From Candidatus Limnocylindrales bacterium (GTDB lineage Bacteria; Moduliflexota; Moduliflexia; Moduliflexales; JAUQPW01): 64,000 bases of DNA. Made by a program: the position numbers and the translations under genes. Of the stretch, positions 37,999 through 48,687 are shown one piece after another. Position 1 is the first letter of the stretch. Each line of letters starts with the position of its first letter. The stretch is taken from NCBI GenBank assembly GCA_035559535.1, contig DATMBG010000043.1:62001-126000 (forward strand), read 5' to 3'. A model generated the notes under the pieces. It did no database searches. It was not told where the DNA came from and was given only the letters and a program-made list of their open reading frames with translations.

Positions 37999-39525
37999 CT
38001 AGTTATTCCATTCTTTTTCCCTTAGCTCATATTCCTTCATTTTAGTTTGAAGGCTCTTTCTACTGATGCCCAATTTTTTAGCTGCCCGGGTCACATTTCC
38101 TCGGGTTTCTTGAAGCGCTTTAATAATTAAATTTCTCTCCACTTGAGCAGTAGCCTGTTTAACAGCTTCTTTTAGACTCAGATCTGATTTTAAATCGGAG
38201 CCACCCTCCCTTGAACCGGTAATCTGGCCTTCTGAAGTAGAATTGGGAGGGGAACCGGTTCCCACCAACTCTCCGGACTGAGGTGCAGATATAGATTTCA
38301 AATCAGGTTCTACTCTGCCGGGTAATTCAGTTGAAATATTATATGCAACTCTTGTACTCACCAGGCTTCTCAGTTCCTCCGGTAAATCTTTCAAGGTAAT
38401 AAAATCAGAATCTAAAAGCAAAACAGTTCGTTCGATGACATTTTCCAGTTCTCGAATATTCCCCGGCCAGTTATATTCCATCAAAGCGGCCTTAGCTTCT
38501 TCGCTGATACCCTGTACGCTCTTATTCAGACGTTTATTGTATTTGGCAATAAAGTGGTGAATGAGGAGGGGGATATCTTCTTTTCGTTCCCGCAAAGGGG
38601 GTACTTTAATGGGAATTACATTGAGTCGATAAAATAAATCTTCTCGAAAATTTCCTTCCCTGACCTCTTTTTGTAAATCTCGGTTTGTGGCCGCGATGAG
38701 GCGCACATCCACCTTTAAGGTCTTAATTCCCCCCACCCTTTCAAATTCTTGTTCTTGAAGAACTCGCAGAAGTTTTACCTGCACTTCCCTTTTGATCTCG
38801 GCAATTTCATCCAAAAAAAGTGTACCGGTGTGGGCCAGCTCGAATCGACCGGGTTTACTTCCCACAGCCCCTGTGAAAGCTCCTTTCTCATAACCGAAAA
38901 GCTCACTCTCTACCAGGTTTTCGGGGATGGCAGCACAATTCACTTTGATAAAAGGCCTTCCTTTTCTGAAACTTCTTTCATGGAGAACCCGGGCAATCAA
39001 TTCTTTTCCTGTACCACTTTCACCGGTAATCAGAACGGTTGAAGGACTATCCCATATCTTTTCAAGAATTTTGTAAATTTCTTTCATAACCGGGCTATCC
39101 CCAATAATTCCAAACCGTTCCTGATACTCAAATTCAGGGAGAATATCCTTCTGGTTGAGTTCCTGGGTCTTAACTGCCTTATAAACAATGGTTCTCATCT
39201 CATCCTGCTCAAAGGGTTTTGTGATATAATCGAAGGCTCCTTTTTTCATGGCATCTACAGCCGTCTCAATGGTTCCATGTGCCGTAATAATAATGACAGG
39301 GAGACCGGGATGATCTTTTAAGATGTGCTCCATAAGAACAAGTCCATCCATTCCCGGCATCAATAAATCCGTGATGACTGCATGACAGATATTCCCTTTT
39401 AGCCAGGCGAGGGCACTTTCCCCATCCACGGCCTCGGCGACCTCATAACCCTCTTTGGTTAATAAGGCCTCTAAAATCCGACGCATGTTTTTTTCGTCAT
39501 CTACGATAAGGATCCTTTTTTTCAA
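37999..39525 (-). CDS. NtrC-family sigma54-dependent response regulator
   Basis: REC ([16 protein letters not shown]), [24 protein letters not shown], Fis HTH. Confidence 0.95.
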   Translation of the reverse strand: MKKRILIVDDEKNMRRILEALLTKEGYEVAEAVDGESALAWLKGNICHAVITDLLMPGMDGLVLMEHILKDHPGLPVIIITAHGTIETAVDAMKKGAFDYITKPFEQDEMRTIVYKAVKTQELNQKDILPEFEYQERFGIIGDSPVMKEIYKILEKIWDSPSTVLITGESGTGKELIARVLHERSFRKGRPFIKVNCAAIPENLVESELFGYEKGAFTGAVGSKPGRFELAHTGTLFLDEIAEIKREVQVKLLRVLQEQEFERVGGIKTLKVDVRLIAATNRDLQKEVREGNFREDLFYRLNVIPIKVPPLRERKEDIPLLIHHFIAKYNKRLNKSVQGISEEAKAALMEYNWPGNIRELENVIERTVLLLDSDFITLKDLPEELRSLVSTRVAYNISTELPGRVEPDLKSISAPQSGELVGTGSPPNSTSEGQITGSREGGSDLKSDLSLKEAVKQATAQVERNLIIKALQETRGNVTRAAKKLGISRKSLQTKMKEYELREKEWNN

Positions 39526-39646
39526 GGGCTCTTTATGGGTAGTGAAGGGTGAAAAGGGGCTCTTTATCCTTATCTTACCCCTTCACTCTCTCACTCCCGC
39601 GTAACTACCTTCCTGGGCTCCCTCACTACCTTATCACTTTACCCCC

Positions 39647-41752
39647 TCATTGAACAGGTAATTTTACCACAAATTGACTTCCCTTACCGATTTGACTGCT
39701 AACTTCAATGGCCCCGCCATGTCCTTCGATAATACGATGGCAAATGGCCAGGCCAAGCCCTGTTCCCTCTTTTTTGGTGGTAAAAAATGGATTAAACAAT
39801 TTATCTATATGATCTGCAGGAATTCCAACCCCGGTGTCTATAAATTTTATACTTAAATACGTTCCGGTTTTATCGGGATCATTCTCCAGAGTCGTAGAAA
39901 CAACTAAACTTCCACCTTCCGGCATGGCCTGGATGGCATTTAAAAAAAGGTTTAAAAAAACCTGTCGAAGTTGTTCTGCATCGGCATGGATCAAAGGTAA
40001 ATTTTCTTCAAAGTCCAGGATTACTTTTATCTGTTCGGGAATCCCCTCGGCTTTAATCAAAGCATAGGTTTTCTCCAGGATCTTATTGATTTCACAAAGG
40101 GTGATATTTTTCTTGAAGGGACGTGCATAATCCAGGAACTGAGAAACTACATGATTCAATCGATCGACCTCTTCAATAATAATACTTAAAAACTCTTTTC
40201 TTTCCTCTATGGAAGGTTCTACTTGAAGATATTGGGCTGCACCTTTAATAGCTCCCAGGGGGTTTCTTATTTCATGGGCCAGACCCGTAGCCATCTCTCC
40301 TAAGGCCGCTAAACGATCTTTCCTTTTCATGGTTTCGTAGATTTTGTAATTCTCAATAATGATAGCCGCCTGATTGGCAACGGTCATAAGCAAGGCAATC
40401 TCGTGACTGGAGTAAGCCTCTTCAGAACCTGCGTCTTTAAGGTTCCAGAGTCCCAGGACCCTGTCTTGTCTACACATCAGAGGGATGCAAACCTGGGCTT
40501 CCATTTTCTTCAACAACTCACAAATGGACTTAATAACAGCCGGAGAAGGGAGGGAGGGAGTGGAGGAACGAGTCAAAGAAGATGGGTTGTTGGTATATCC
40601 TTTTCCCCCCTCTTCTCCTCTCCCGTTCTCCATCTCGTAAGTTCTCAACTCCCGTTCCAGTTCTTCCAGAATCAAGGCACCTCTTTTCTCCTTGATATAC
40701 TCGGTGAGAACTTTAGTCTCAAGGAATTTGGGAATTCTCTCCCGATGATCGCCGATTGCTTCTACCAGCTTAAACAGATCCTCCCGTTCATCCAAAACGT
40801 AAACCGATGCATGGGTTATACGGGGAAACTCTTTAATCGTGCTGATAATCAGGCTAAAGAGTTCATCCACCGTTAAAACCCGGGCCATTTTTCGACTCAA
40901 GGTATTCAAAATATTTTGGAGATTATAACTTTCCCTGAGAAAAATACGATTTGCCCGGTCCTGGACTTTCAATTTAATCGGTTCGTAAAGAAGTAAAATC
41001 AGTAAAGAGGCAATAAAAGTGTTAAAGATAGCAAGTCCCGGCTTGTTCCCAATCCATAACACCAGAGCTCCATAGATACCTCCAGTTATAGAAGCCAGGG
41101 TAACAAGCACGATTCCCCTTCCGATGATTTCGTGGAGATCCAGTAATCGATACTTTACAATAGATTGAGAGATAAAATACATATAAACCATAACGGCCAG
41201 GTTTCCCAACTGGGGAAAGTCAATTCCTATTCCCGGTAAAAAATCTGTGATTCCGGCAGTTGTGGCAATAACTCCACCGATTATCATGTATTTGAGCTTA
41301 GCCCTTTCTGTAGTTGATTCTGTTTCAGAATACCGTTTATAGATCAAATACAGGCAAAGATAAAGAACCGGAAAGAAATAACAAACCGTTATGATACTCC
41401 ACTCTCGCATGAAAAAGAAGGGAGTCAGAACGGTTATGAAGAGACCGATACTGATTCCGTAGGTATATCTTAAAAGTCTCCATTTTATGGGATTTCGAGC
41501 CGAAAGAAATACAAGGGTAAAGTGAAGCGCGCTGGGAGGAATAAAAAGAGAACCGAGAAAAAGAATCCGGTACCAGAAATCACTTTGGGTGAGCTTATAA
41601 AGGAAAAATCCTAGATTCCAGACAAAAATATTAAAGCTGAGATAGGAGAAAGTTCGGTGAAGTTGGTTCTTTCGATCCTTAAGGATAAAGTAAACAGCAA
41701 AGCAGAGATTTACGATAGCTGCGATGAGAGCGCTCTGGACTTGAAAAGTCAT
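39647..41752 (-). CDS. Sensor histidine kinase with 7TM-type N-terminus and GAF domain
   Basis: Multiple TMs, GAF, H-box LAHEIRNPL, N-box NLFLNAIQA, DTGVG, GTGLGL; start re-assigned to ATG 41752. Confidence 0.92.
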   Translation of the reverse strand: MTFQVQSALIAAIVNLCFAVYFILKDRKNQLHRTFSYLSFNIFVWNLGFFLYKLTQSDFWYRILFLGSLFIPPSALHFTLVFLSARNPIKWRLLRYTYGISIGLFITVLTPFFFMREWSIITVCYFFPVLYLCLYLIYKRYSETESTTERAKLKYMIIGGVIATTAGITDFLPGIGIDFPQLGNLAVMVYMYFISQSIVKYRLLDLHEIIGRGIVLVTLASITGGIYGALVLWIGNKPGLAIFNTFIASLLILLLYEPIKLKVQDRANRIFLRESYNLQNILNTLSRKMARVLTVDELFSLIISTIKEFPRITHASVYVLDEREDLFKLVEAIGDHRERIPKFLETKVLTEYIKEKRGALILEELERELRTYEMENGRGEEGGKGYTNNPSSLTRSSTPSLPSPAVIKSICELLKKMEAQVCIPLMCRQDRVLGLWNLKDAGSEEAYSSHEIALLMTVANQAAIIIENYKIYETMKRKDRLAALGEMATGLAHEIRNPLGAIKGAAQYLQVEPSIEERKEFLSIIIEEVDRLNHVVSQFLDYARPFKKNITLCEINKILEKTYALIKAEGIPEQIKVILDFEENLPLIHADAEQLRQVFLNLFLNAIQAMPEGGSLVVSTTLENDPDKTGTYLSIKFIDTGVGIPADHIDKLFNPFFTTKKEGTGLGLAICHRIIEGHGGAIEVSSQIGKGSQFVVKLPVQ

Positions 41753-41813
41753 AGCTTTCAGAATCCAGAAATCAGAATTCAGGATGTAAATTTCTGGATT
41801 CTGATTTCCGGTT

Positions 41814-43205
41814 TTAACGTTTATCAATAACCCTTCGCGCTTTGAACTGGGTCCGCTCTAGTTTTCCTGGCTCTATCAACTCAACTCTCGTTCGAACTCC
41901 AAGGCGGACCCGTAGCCTGGTTTCCAGGGTTTCCCGTAATCTCTCCAGTATCTGGGGATTCTCTTCAGCTTCCTTTTGGAAGCGGGGGCTATACTCGGCC
42001 TGGACGGTCAGTTCGTCCATGGTCCGTTCCCGGGTAATGAAAATACGAAACTCTTCACCAAATCCCTCGGTGGCCCTTAGTACATCCTCAATAGCACTGG
42101 GATAAATGTTTTCGCCGCGAACAATGAACATGTCATCAATCCGACCGTATATCCCTTTGGGGAGTCTGGGATACGTCCTTCCACAACTGCAGGGTTCCTG
42201 GGTCCAGGTAGATAAATCTCCGGACCAGAAGCGAATCATAGGTTGAGAAGTCCGCTCCAGGTGGGTATAGACGGGAACACCTTCTTTTCCATAGGGGACG
42301 ACCTGCCGGGTATCCGGATCGATGAGTTCTGTGTAAACAATATCCTGCCACAGGTGCATTCCCTGACGATCTGCACATTCCCCATTACTCATCCAGGGAG
42401 TCATCTCTGCCGTACTTCCCGTATCAATACAAATAGCCCCGTAAGTTTCTTCTATGAGTTTCTTGGTGGAGGGGATTCCGGCTCCGGGCTCTCCAGAAAA
42501 GAACATGATTTTCAATCCGAAGTCCCTGGGATCGTATCCGGCTTGCCGGGTTTTCTCGGCAATATATAAAGCATAGGAAGGGGTCCCATAAAAGGCAGTT
42601 GGTTTGATGTCTCGCATCCATTCAATTCCCCGTTCGGTTTGCCCGGGAACTCCGGCTCCGAAGGGAAAACAGGTCAAACCAAGTCGCTCGGCGCCAACGA
42701 GAGCCCCCCAACTTCCCAAATAAAGGCTAAAAAAAGAGCCGATAAAAACGGTATCCCCTGGTCGTAATCCCATTCCCCACATGACCCGCGCGTGGGCATT
42801 GGCAATTCGTCTCCAATCGTCCCGACTAATGGCAAAAGCCGTTGGTTTTCCCGTTGTTCCAGAAGTCCCATGGATTCTTAACACCTGCTCCCGGGGTATA
42901 CAGAGATAGGATCCAAAAGGTGGGTGCTCCATCTGATCCTTTCGAATTTCCTGCTTAGTCACTACGGGCATCTTGTGGAAATCTTCCAGAGTTTTAATAT
43001 CTCCCGGTTGAAGTCCAGCTTCATCCCATTTTTTACGATAGAAAGGAGCGTGTTGATAGGCATAGGTAATTTGAGCCTGAAGCTTTTTCAAAATGATTTT
43101 CTCCCGTTCTTCAGGATCCATGGTTTCTTCTCGTGGGAACCAATATTTCTGATGCAACTCCGGCAAATAAGTTTCATCATAAATAGGAGGCCAGTTCATA
43201 CTCAT
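41814..43205 (-). CDS. Phenylacetate-CoA ligase (PaaK)-like AMP-binding enzyme
   Basis: HGTSGTTGKP, GTPSY, GRIDDMFIVRGENIYPS. Start re-assigned because the upstream codons are octamer repeat. Confidence 0.88.
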   Translation of the reverse strand: MSMNWPPIYDETYLPELHQKYWFPREETMDPEEREKIILKKLQAQITYAYQHAPFYRKKWDEAGLQPGDIKTLEDFHKMPVVTKQEIRKDQMEHPPFGSYLCIPREQVLRIHGTSGTTGKPTAFAISRDDWRRIANAHARVMWGMGLRPGDTVFIGSFFSLYLGSWGALVGAERLGLTCFPFGAGVPGQTERGIEWMRDIKPTAFYGTPSYALYIAEKTRQAGYDPRDFGLKIMFFSGEPGAGIPSTKKLIEETYGAICIDTGSTAEMTPWMSNGECADRQGMHLWQDIVYTELIDPDTRQVVPYGKEGVPVYTHLERTSQPMIRFWSGDLSTWTQEPCSCGRTYPRLPKGIYGRIDDMFIVRGENIYPSAIEDVLRATEGFGEEFRIFITRERTMDELTVQAEYSPRFQKEAEENPQILERLRETLETRLRVRLGVRTRVELIEPGKLERTQFKARRVIDKR

Positions 43206-43211
43206 AAAAGA

Positions 43212-43310
43212 GTAGGGAAGTGTGGAAGTGTGGAAGTATGGGGGTATGGGGGTATGGAAGTATGGGTGTAAATTCTCCCATACCCCCATACTTCCACACT
43301 TCCACACCCC
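43212..43310. repeat. Octamer tandem + inverted repeat (GTRTGGRA / TCCCATAC)
   Basis: About six direct units followed by about four complementary units; can fold into a long hairpin. Confidence 0.8.
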
Positions 43311-43315
43311 TCTAC

Positions 43316-45865
43316 TTACCCTACGCTGATCAGCTCCAATTTCTTAGCCCAACGTTTTTCTAGAGCCCATTTAAGTTTTTGATGTTCGGGTCGGGAAAGG
43401 GTAGGATCTTGTCGGACAATCCGAAAGGCTTCTTCTCGGGCCAGTTCCAGAATTTTCGCATCGCGAAGGATATTGGCTACCCTCAGGTCGGGCAAACCCG
43501 ATTGCTTGGTACCGAAAAATTCTCCAGGCCCTCGAATTTCCAGATCTCGTTCCGCGATGATAAATCCATCGGTAGTTTCGATCATGGCATTAAGACGCCT
43601 CTTAGCCTCTTCGCCAACAGGTTGATGGGCCAGAAGCAGGCAGTAGGATTTATAAGGACCTCGCCCGACACGACCCCGAAGTTGATGGAGTTGAGAAAGA
43701 CCGAATCGTTCTGCGTGCTCTACCAACATCACAGAGGCATTGGGCACATCGATCCCTACTTCTAAAACCGTTGTAGAAACCAAGATTTGAATCTCCCGGT
43801 TTTTAAAAGCCGTCATGATCTGTTCCTTTTCTTCACTACTCATTCGCCCATGGACTAATCCTACTTTGAATTGGGGAAAGATTTCGGTGCTTAATTGATT
43901 TGCCATTTCTGTTGCGGCTTTCAAGTCTAAGATTTCAGATTCCTCCACCAGCGGATAGATCACATAAGCCTGACGGCCCTGTTCTACTTCCTGTCTGATC
44001 CGGTTATAGACCCGATCCCGGTCCCGATCATAAAATAAAAGGGTTGTCACCGGAGTTCGACCCGGAGGTAACTCATCGATAATGGATACATCCAAATCCC
44101 CATAAATTGTTAGTGAAAGCGTCCTGGGAATCGGAGTTGCCGTCATGATAAGAACATCCGGTTGATATCCCTTTTCTTTTAGAGTGGCTCGCTGCATAAC
44201 CCCAAATTTATGCTGCTCATCGATAATAACAAGTCCCAATTTCTGGAACTCTACATCTTTCTGAATTAAGGCGTGGGTTCCGATAATTATCTGAGTCCGT
44301 CCTTCCCTTATGTTGGACAGGTATTGCTCTCGTTCCTTCTTCCGAAGCTTGCTGGTCAGCAGGCAGGTCGTAAGTCCTAGTTTTTCTACAAACCCGGAGA
44401 TATTTCGATAGTGTTGTTCCGCCAGGATTTCTGTGGGAACCATGATGGCTCCTTGATAGCCGGCTTCTACAGCCCAGAGCAGCGCAATAAGGGCCACAAT
44501 TGTTTTTCCGGAACCCACATCTCCTTGAAGCAGCCGGTTCATGGGATGGACGGATTGCATATCCCTTTTAATTTCAGAAAGCACACGCTCCTGGGCCTTG
44601 GTCAATTGATACGGAAGTAAAGCTCTCAGGCGCTGCTCCAGTTCTCCGGTAAACTGAAACTGAATTCCTTTCTGTTTGGTGGCAACCCCACGCTTCTTCA
44701 AACCAAGTCCCAGTTCCAGGAGAAAAAATTCGTCGAAAACCAATCGGCGATGGGGTTCGGAAGTTCCTCGATTCAGTTTTTCAATGTCATCCTCCTCCTC
44801 GGGAAAATGGACCCGACGTATTGCTTCCGGCAGATCCAACAGGCCGTACTTTTCTTTGATTCCAGGCGGAAGTATTTCTTCCAAAGCATCTGCGTAGCGA
44901 TCTACGATGGACTTCATAACCCCTCGTAAAGTCTTTTGGTAGAGTCCTTCACTGAGGGGATAGATGGGTACAATGCGTCCCATATGGACATGGGTCGTTT
45001 GCCGGGCTCCTGCCCCAACAGACAGGTCGGGTTCTTCCTCATCCAGGATTTCATATTCCGGTTGGATCATTTCCCTGGGAGCATAGCGGAAGCTGGTTTG
45101 AAACCCTCCTTTACTGAATTTAACTTTTCCATAGAGGATGACTTTGCTTCCTTTTTTAAAGATCTGTTTTAAATAAGGCTGATTAAACCATTTAGCCACC
45201 AGGGTGCCGCTATCATCTCCGATGAAAGCCTCGAAGATTTTGGTTTTCTGTCGAGGTGTTGTAACCACGCCGGTATTTTTAACTTCTCCATAAACTGTTT
45301 CCCACGCCTCGGCTTCCAGCGCTGCAATGGTTTTAATATGCCTTCTATCTTCATAACGTCGGGGAAGAAAGAAAAGAGCATCTTCAACGGTCGTCAGGTT
45401 AAGCTTCTTTAAAATTTGGGCCCGCTTTGGGCCCACTCCCTTGATATACTGAAGTGGAGTACTTAAGCTAAAGGGGGAGACATCGAAATCATCATTTTGA
45501 GACTCTGAGGCGTTCTGAGGCCCGGAGGTGTAGGGAGATTGGGATACGGGGCTTACTTTTTCGTCTCCGTATCTTCGGGTCTCCTCCTCCCCACGTCCCG
45601 AAATGGCGTCTATCACCTGTAAGGCTTCGGTGATAATCTCTATTTTTCTCTGTCGAGGAACCGTATCATATCCTTGGAACAATCCTTCTAAGACCTGAAG
45701 TTTTTGTTGAATTCCAGAAGGAAGGGATTGGATATCTAAATTTCGAATACAACTTAAAACAGTTTTCTCCAGATCTTGAACGCGCTCTATGTTGGCGAAG
45801 TTATTTTTAGCAGCATATTGAAGGGGTTTTTGTATAATAGCCAGAAAAGCTTCAAATAAAATCAA
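43316..45865 (-). CDS. recG: ATP-dependent DNA helicase RecG with N-terminal extension
   Basis: KGVGPKRA, PRRYEDR, QGDVGSGKT, DEQH, MTATPIPR, QLRGRVGRG, RGPGE. Confidence 0.96.
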   Translation of the reverse strand: MILFEAFLAIIQKPLQYAAKNNFANIERVQDLEKTVLSCIRNLDIQSLPSGIQQKLQVLEGLFQGYDTVPRQRKIEIITEALQVIDAISGRGEEETRRYGDEKVSPVSQSPYTSGPQNASESQNDDFDVSPFSLSTPLQYIKGVGPKRAQILKKLNLTTVEDALFFLPRRYEDRRHIKTIAALEAEAWETVYGEVKNTGVVTTPRQKTKIFEAFIGDDSGTLVAKWFNQPYLKQIFKKGSKVILYGKVKFSKGGFQTSFRYAPREMIQPEYEILDEEEPDLSVGAGARQTTHVHMGRIVPIYPLSEGLYQKTLRGVMKSIVDRYADALEEILPPGIKEKYGLLDLPEAIRRVHFPEEEDDIEKLNRGTSEPHRRLVFDEFFLLELGLGLKKRGVATKQKGIQFQFTGELEQRLRALLPYQLTKAQERVLSEIKRDMQSVHPMNRLLQGDVGSGKTIVALIALLWAVEAGYQGAIMVPTEILAEQHYRNISGFVEKLGLTTCLLTSKLRKKEREQYLSNIREGRTQIIIGTHALIQKDVEFQKLGLVIIDEQHKFGVMQRATLKEKGYQPDVLIMTATPIPRTLSLTIYGDLDVSIIDELPPGRTPVTTLLFYDRDRDRVYNRIRQEVEQGRQAYVIYPLVEESEILDLKAATEMANQLSTEIFPQFKVGLVHGRMSSEEKEQIMTAFKNREIQILVSTTVLEVGIDVPNASVMLVEHAERFGLSQLHQLRGRVGRGPYKSYCLLLAHQPVGEEAKRRLNAMIETTDGFIIAERDLEIRGPGEFFGTKQSGLPDLRVANILRDAKILELAREEAFRIVRQDPTLSRPEHQKLKWALEKRWAKKLELISVG

Positions 45866-45945
45866 TACTTTCCATGATCCGTGATCTGTTGTCCGTTATG
45901 GCTCTTCAAGAGCAACGGACAACAGACAACAGATTAAGGGCGTCT

Positions 45946-46515
45946 TTACTGCCGGTAGGGAACCCAGACCCCATTGGCATCGAAGTACCCGTAGGGAGTG
46001 GATCCCCCTCTTCCCGTATCGGGTACTGTTGCGGGCATCCCGCTACTTCTATAATCCTGCCATGGTGAACGGTAGGAGTCGTAATAGTCAGAGTTGTAAT
46101 AGCCATAGTTGTAGTAACCATAGCAAGATGGGGAGGTACACCGTGATTCCCAACGTCCCGGTACCCATTTTTTATCATATTTCCAATAATCCGGTATCCA
46201 AATCGGCTGATAGGACCAATATCCCGGTACCCAACGTTTGTAGTATTTATAATGGCCCGGGATCCAACGATAACAAATCTCACTACATCCTCTATATCTA
46301 TCCCCACAGGAATAAGGATATTGGGAGTTATAACACTCGGGATAACTCCAACTATAATCCGACCATCGAGAAGGATAAACTTCTTGAGGTGAAGTTGAAG
46401 GAACCAGAGAACGTTCCTGGGCTCCGGTCGGTAGAGCAAAATATGAATTTAATAATAAGCCAGCCATTAAGAAACTTATAAGAAAAAATACCCTACAGCT
46501 TATTGTGAAACGCAT
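45946..46515 (-). CDS. Exported Tyr/Trp/Cys-rich protein with WxPGxW repeats
   Basis: AAAGGAGG SD before ATG 46515, signal peptide, WIPGHY/WVPGYW/WIPDYW/WVPGRW. Confidence 0.7.
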   Translation of the reverse strand: MRFTISCRVFFLISFLMAGLLLNSYFALPTGAQERSLVPSTSPQEVYPSRWSDYSWSYPECYNSQYPYSCGDRYRGCSEICYRWIPGHYKYYKRWVPGYWSYQPIWIPDYWKYDKKWVPGRWESRCTSPSCYGYYNYGYYNSDYYDSYRSPWQDYRSSGMPATVPDTGRGGSTPYGYFDANGVWVPYRQ

Positions 46516-46660
46516 AAGGAAACCTCCTTTTTGGTTCAATATGAGATGGTGAGGTAAAGGGGGGTGGTGGGGTCTCATCTCCTATCCTGTTCCTATCCCC
46601 TCACCATCTCACTGCTTCACCACCCCATCATCACGGATAAAAGACACCTATCCGTTCTCT

Positions 46661-46984
46661 TTATTTATCCACAGAGTCTTTTCTCCAAAAAATACCCAAA
46701 ACAAGCCCTACGATGATTCCTACAGCGATGAAAATAACAAGATTAACCACAAGATTTTTAACCGTATCCAACCCATAATAGTTTGTTATCCGGTCGTAGA
46801 CATTCCACATGACCCAATTTAAAATCCCAAAGCATCCTATCACAAACCCTTTAATTGTATCCGAATGGACCCGATGGCGGATTTTCCCTACGATAAAGCC
46901 TATAAGAATACCTGAAAGGGGACCTATAACGGCTATCCAATTAATGATCATCACCACCGTCTTTTCATCCACAATTTCTTTCAC
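46661..46984 (-). CDS. Small hypothetical membrane protein (3 TM)
   Basis: GGAGG SD, hydrophobic helices, coupled to the upstream gene. Confidence 0.7.
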   Translation of the reverse strand: MKEIVDEKTVVMIINWIAVIGPLSGILIGFIVGKIRHRVHSDTIKGFVIGCFGILNWVMWNVYDRITNYYGLDTVKNLVVNLVIFIAVGIIVGLVLGIFWRKDSVDK

Positions 46985-46988
46985 ATCT

Positions 46989-47522
46989 TCACCTCCCTCT
47001 TAGGACATTCTGAACTTCTCTTTTATAAGTTTCCTTATTTAAAACATACCGTTCGCATCCTGCCCGAACTCTTTCCAGATCCTTCTCGGTTACGGCCCGT
47101 TTTGGCTTTGCCGGAATACCCATTACAAGGGTATTAGGTGGAATGATGCTTCCTTCGGCCACTACGGCTCCAGAGGCTACTATGCAATTCTCTCCAATCT
47201 TGGCTCCATCCAGGATGATGGCTCCCATACCGATTAAACAATTCGATTCAATATGACATCCGTGAATAATGGCACCGTGGCCAATCGTCACATTATCTCC
47301 TATGATAAGGTCATGTCTATCCAGGGTAACATGGAGAAGGCATCCATCCTGGATGTTGGTTCTTTCCCCAATCCGTATAGAATTAACATCTGCCCTTATA
47401 ACTGCATTAAACCAGACACTGGAATGGGCTCCAATTTTTACATCGCCAATAACCTGGGCACTTTCCTCTACAAAAGCAGTTTCATGAACTTCAGGAACGA
47501 TACCTCGATAGCTTTTGAGCAT
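46989..47522 (-). CDS. Gamma-carbonic-anhydrase-like hexapeptide repeat protein (YrdA/PaaY family)
   Basis: RADVNSIRIGERTNIQDG, H...TIGHGAIIHGC. Confidence 0.92.
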   Translation of the reverse strand: MLKSYRGIVPEVHETAFVEESAQVIGDVKIGAHSSVWFNAVIRADVNSIRIGERTNIQDGCLLHVTLDRHDLIIGDNVTIGHGAIIHGCHIESNCLIGMGAIILDGAKIGENCIVASGAVVAEGSIIPPNTLVMGIPAKPKRAVTEKDLERVRAGCERYVLNKETYKREVQNVLRGR

Positions 47523-47916
47523 ATAAGCTGATGATAAAGGCCTCTGTGGGGAGGTTTTGGCTGGCTATTCTGAACCCAGCTCAGAACCTGGCCTTGACAA
47601 GGGACAAATTTGTCAATCTTGTTCTTATAACCTTAGGACATTCAGGAAAAATTGAATCACACTTACAAAATAATTTCAAGAAAAAAGTTCGTGTTTTTAT
47701 CTTATAATGATAGTTTCAGAAAGTATAACGGATTCCTCCACGTGTCCTGACAAGTCAAGCAAAGCCATCCCTTCAAGTCATGGGAAGATTTTATCCCCTT
47801 CCCTTTACTTTGGATTTCAGCTCACCTCGCTCCTCACAAAGACATCCCGGGTTGCGGACCCGGCGTAAGAGACGGAATGTCCTCACCCGTCATTCCCTTA
47901 AAGAACTTAAAAAGAT

Positions 47917-48687
47917 TTAAACATCGCTTTCTTCCTTGAAACAAGGCCGGGGCCTGGTTTTTACGGCTAAACAGAGAAGCGAGGTACCGAACGGAAAATT
48001 CATTTTTCTCAGGAAGAAGGATTCACTCTTGAAGATTTGGGTAAGTAGGTTATTAATAAAAATGGGTAGAGGTTCCAGGTTAGATTTAGATAAGGTTTTG
48101 GGTCTGAAAAATTTGTTGAAGGTAATGATGGAGAAAATCACAGGGAATAAAAACGTATTGACATAGGAGAGTTTCTTGACCAGGAATCCACTCTTCTGGA
48201 TTTTGCTCAAGAGTTCTTTTGCCGTGTATCTTCTCCGATGTTGGGAGACCACATCCTCTCCGCTCCATAAAAATGCATAGGCCGGAACGAAAAGAAGCAG
48301 ATACCCCCCATCTTTACAGATCCGATGCATCTCTTTGAGTACCTCGACATCCTCATCCAGATGTTCCAGAAGGTCCAGCATGGTAATCAGATCAAACTGA
48401 TTGGAGGCAAAGGGAGAATTTTGGATATTTCCTCGAATCAGATTTTTTAAATTTCGAGATTTACAAAACAGAAGTCCTTCCTTGGAGAGTTCTATTCCAA
48501 AAGTTTTTCCATAGGCACTTAAAAGTTTGGTGGTCAGTCCCGTTCCACACCCCGCATCCAGGATGAGGGACTTTTCTGAATGAAGGGGCAACAGGGCAAT
48601 TTGATCGAAGATTATTTTTCTTCTACCTCTGAACCACCAGTAATCTTCTTCAAAATCATAATGCCGTTGATATACTTCAGGATTCAT
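47917..48687 (-). CDS. Class I SAM-dependent methyltransferase
   Basis: WWFRGRR, ILDAGCGTG, DLLEH, VPAY..LWS..D...HRRRY. Confidence 0.88.
   Translation of the reverse strand: MNPEVYQRHYDFEEDYWWFRGRRKIIFDQIALLPLHSEKSLILDAGCGTGLTTKLLSAYGKTFGIELSKEGLLFCKSRNLKNLIRGNIQNSPFASNQFDLITMLDLLEHLDEDVEVLKEMHRICKDGGYLLLFVPAYAFLWSGEDVVSQHRRRYTAKELLSKIQKSGFLVKKLSYVNTFLFPVIFSIITFNKFFRPKTLSKSNLEPLPIFINNLLTQIFKSESFFLRKMNFPFGTSLLCLAVKTRPRPCFKEESDV

Noticed and set aside
45906-46481. Overlapping ORFs 45906..46439 (-) and 46029..46481 (+)
   Set aside because: These are shadow frames of the low-complexity WxPGxW gene, which has the SD and signal peptide.
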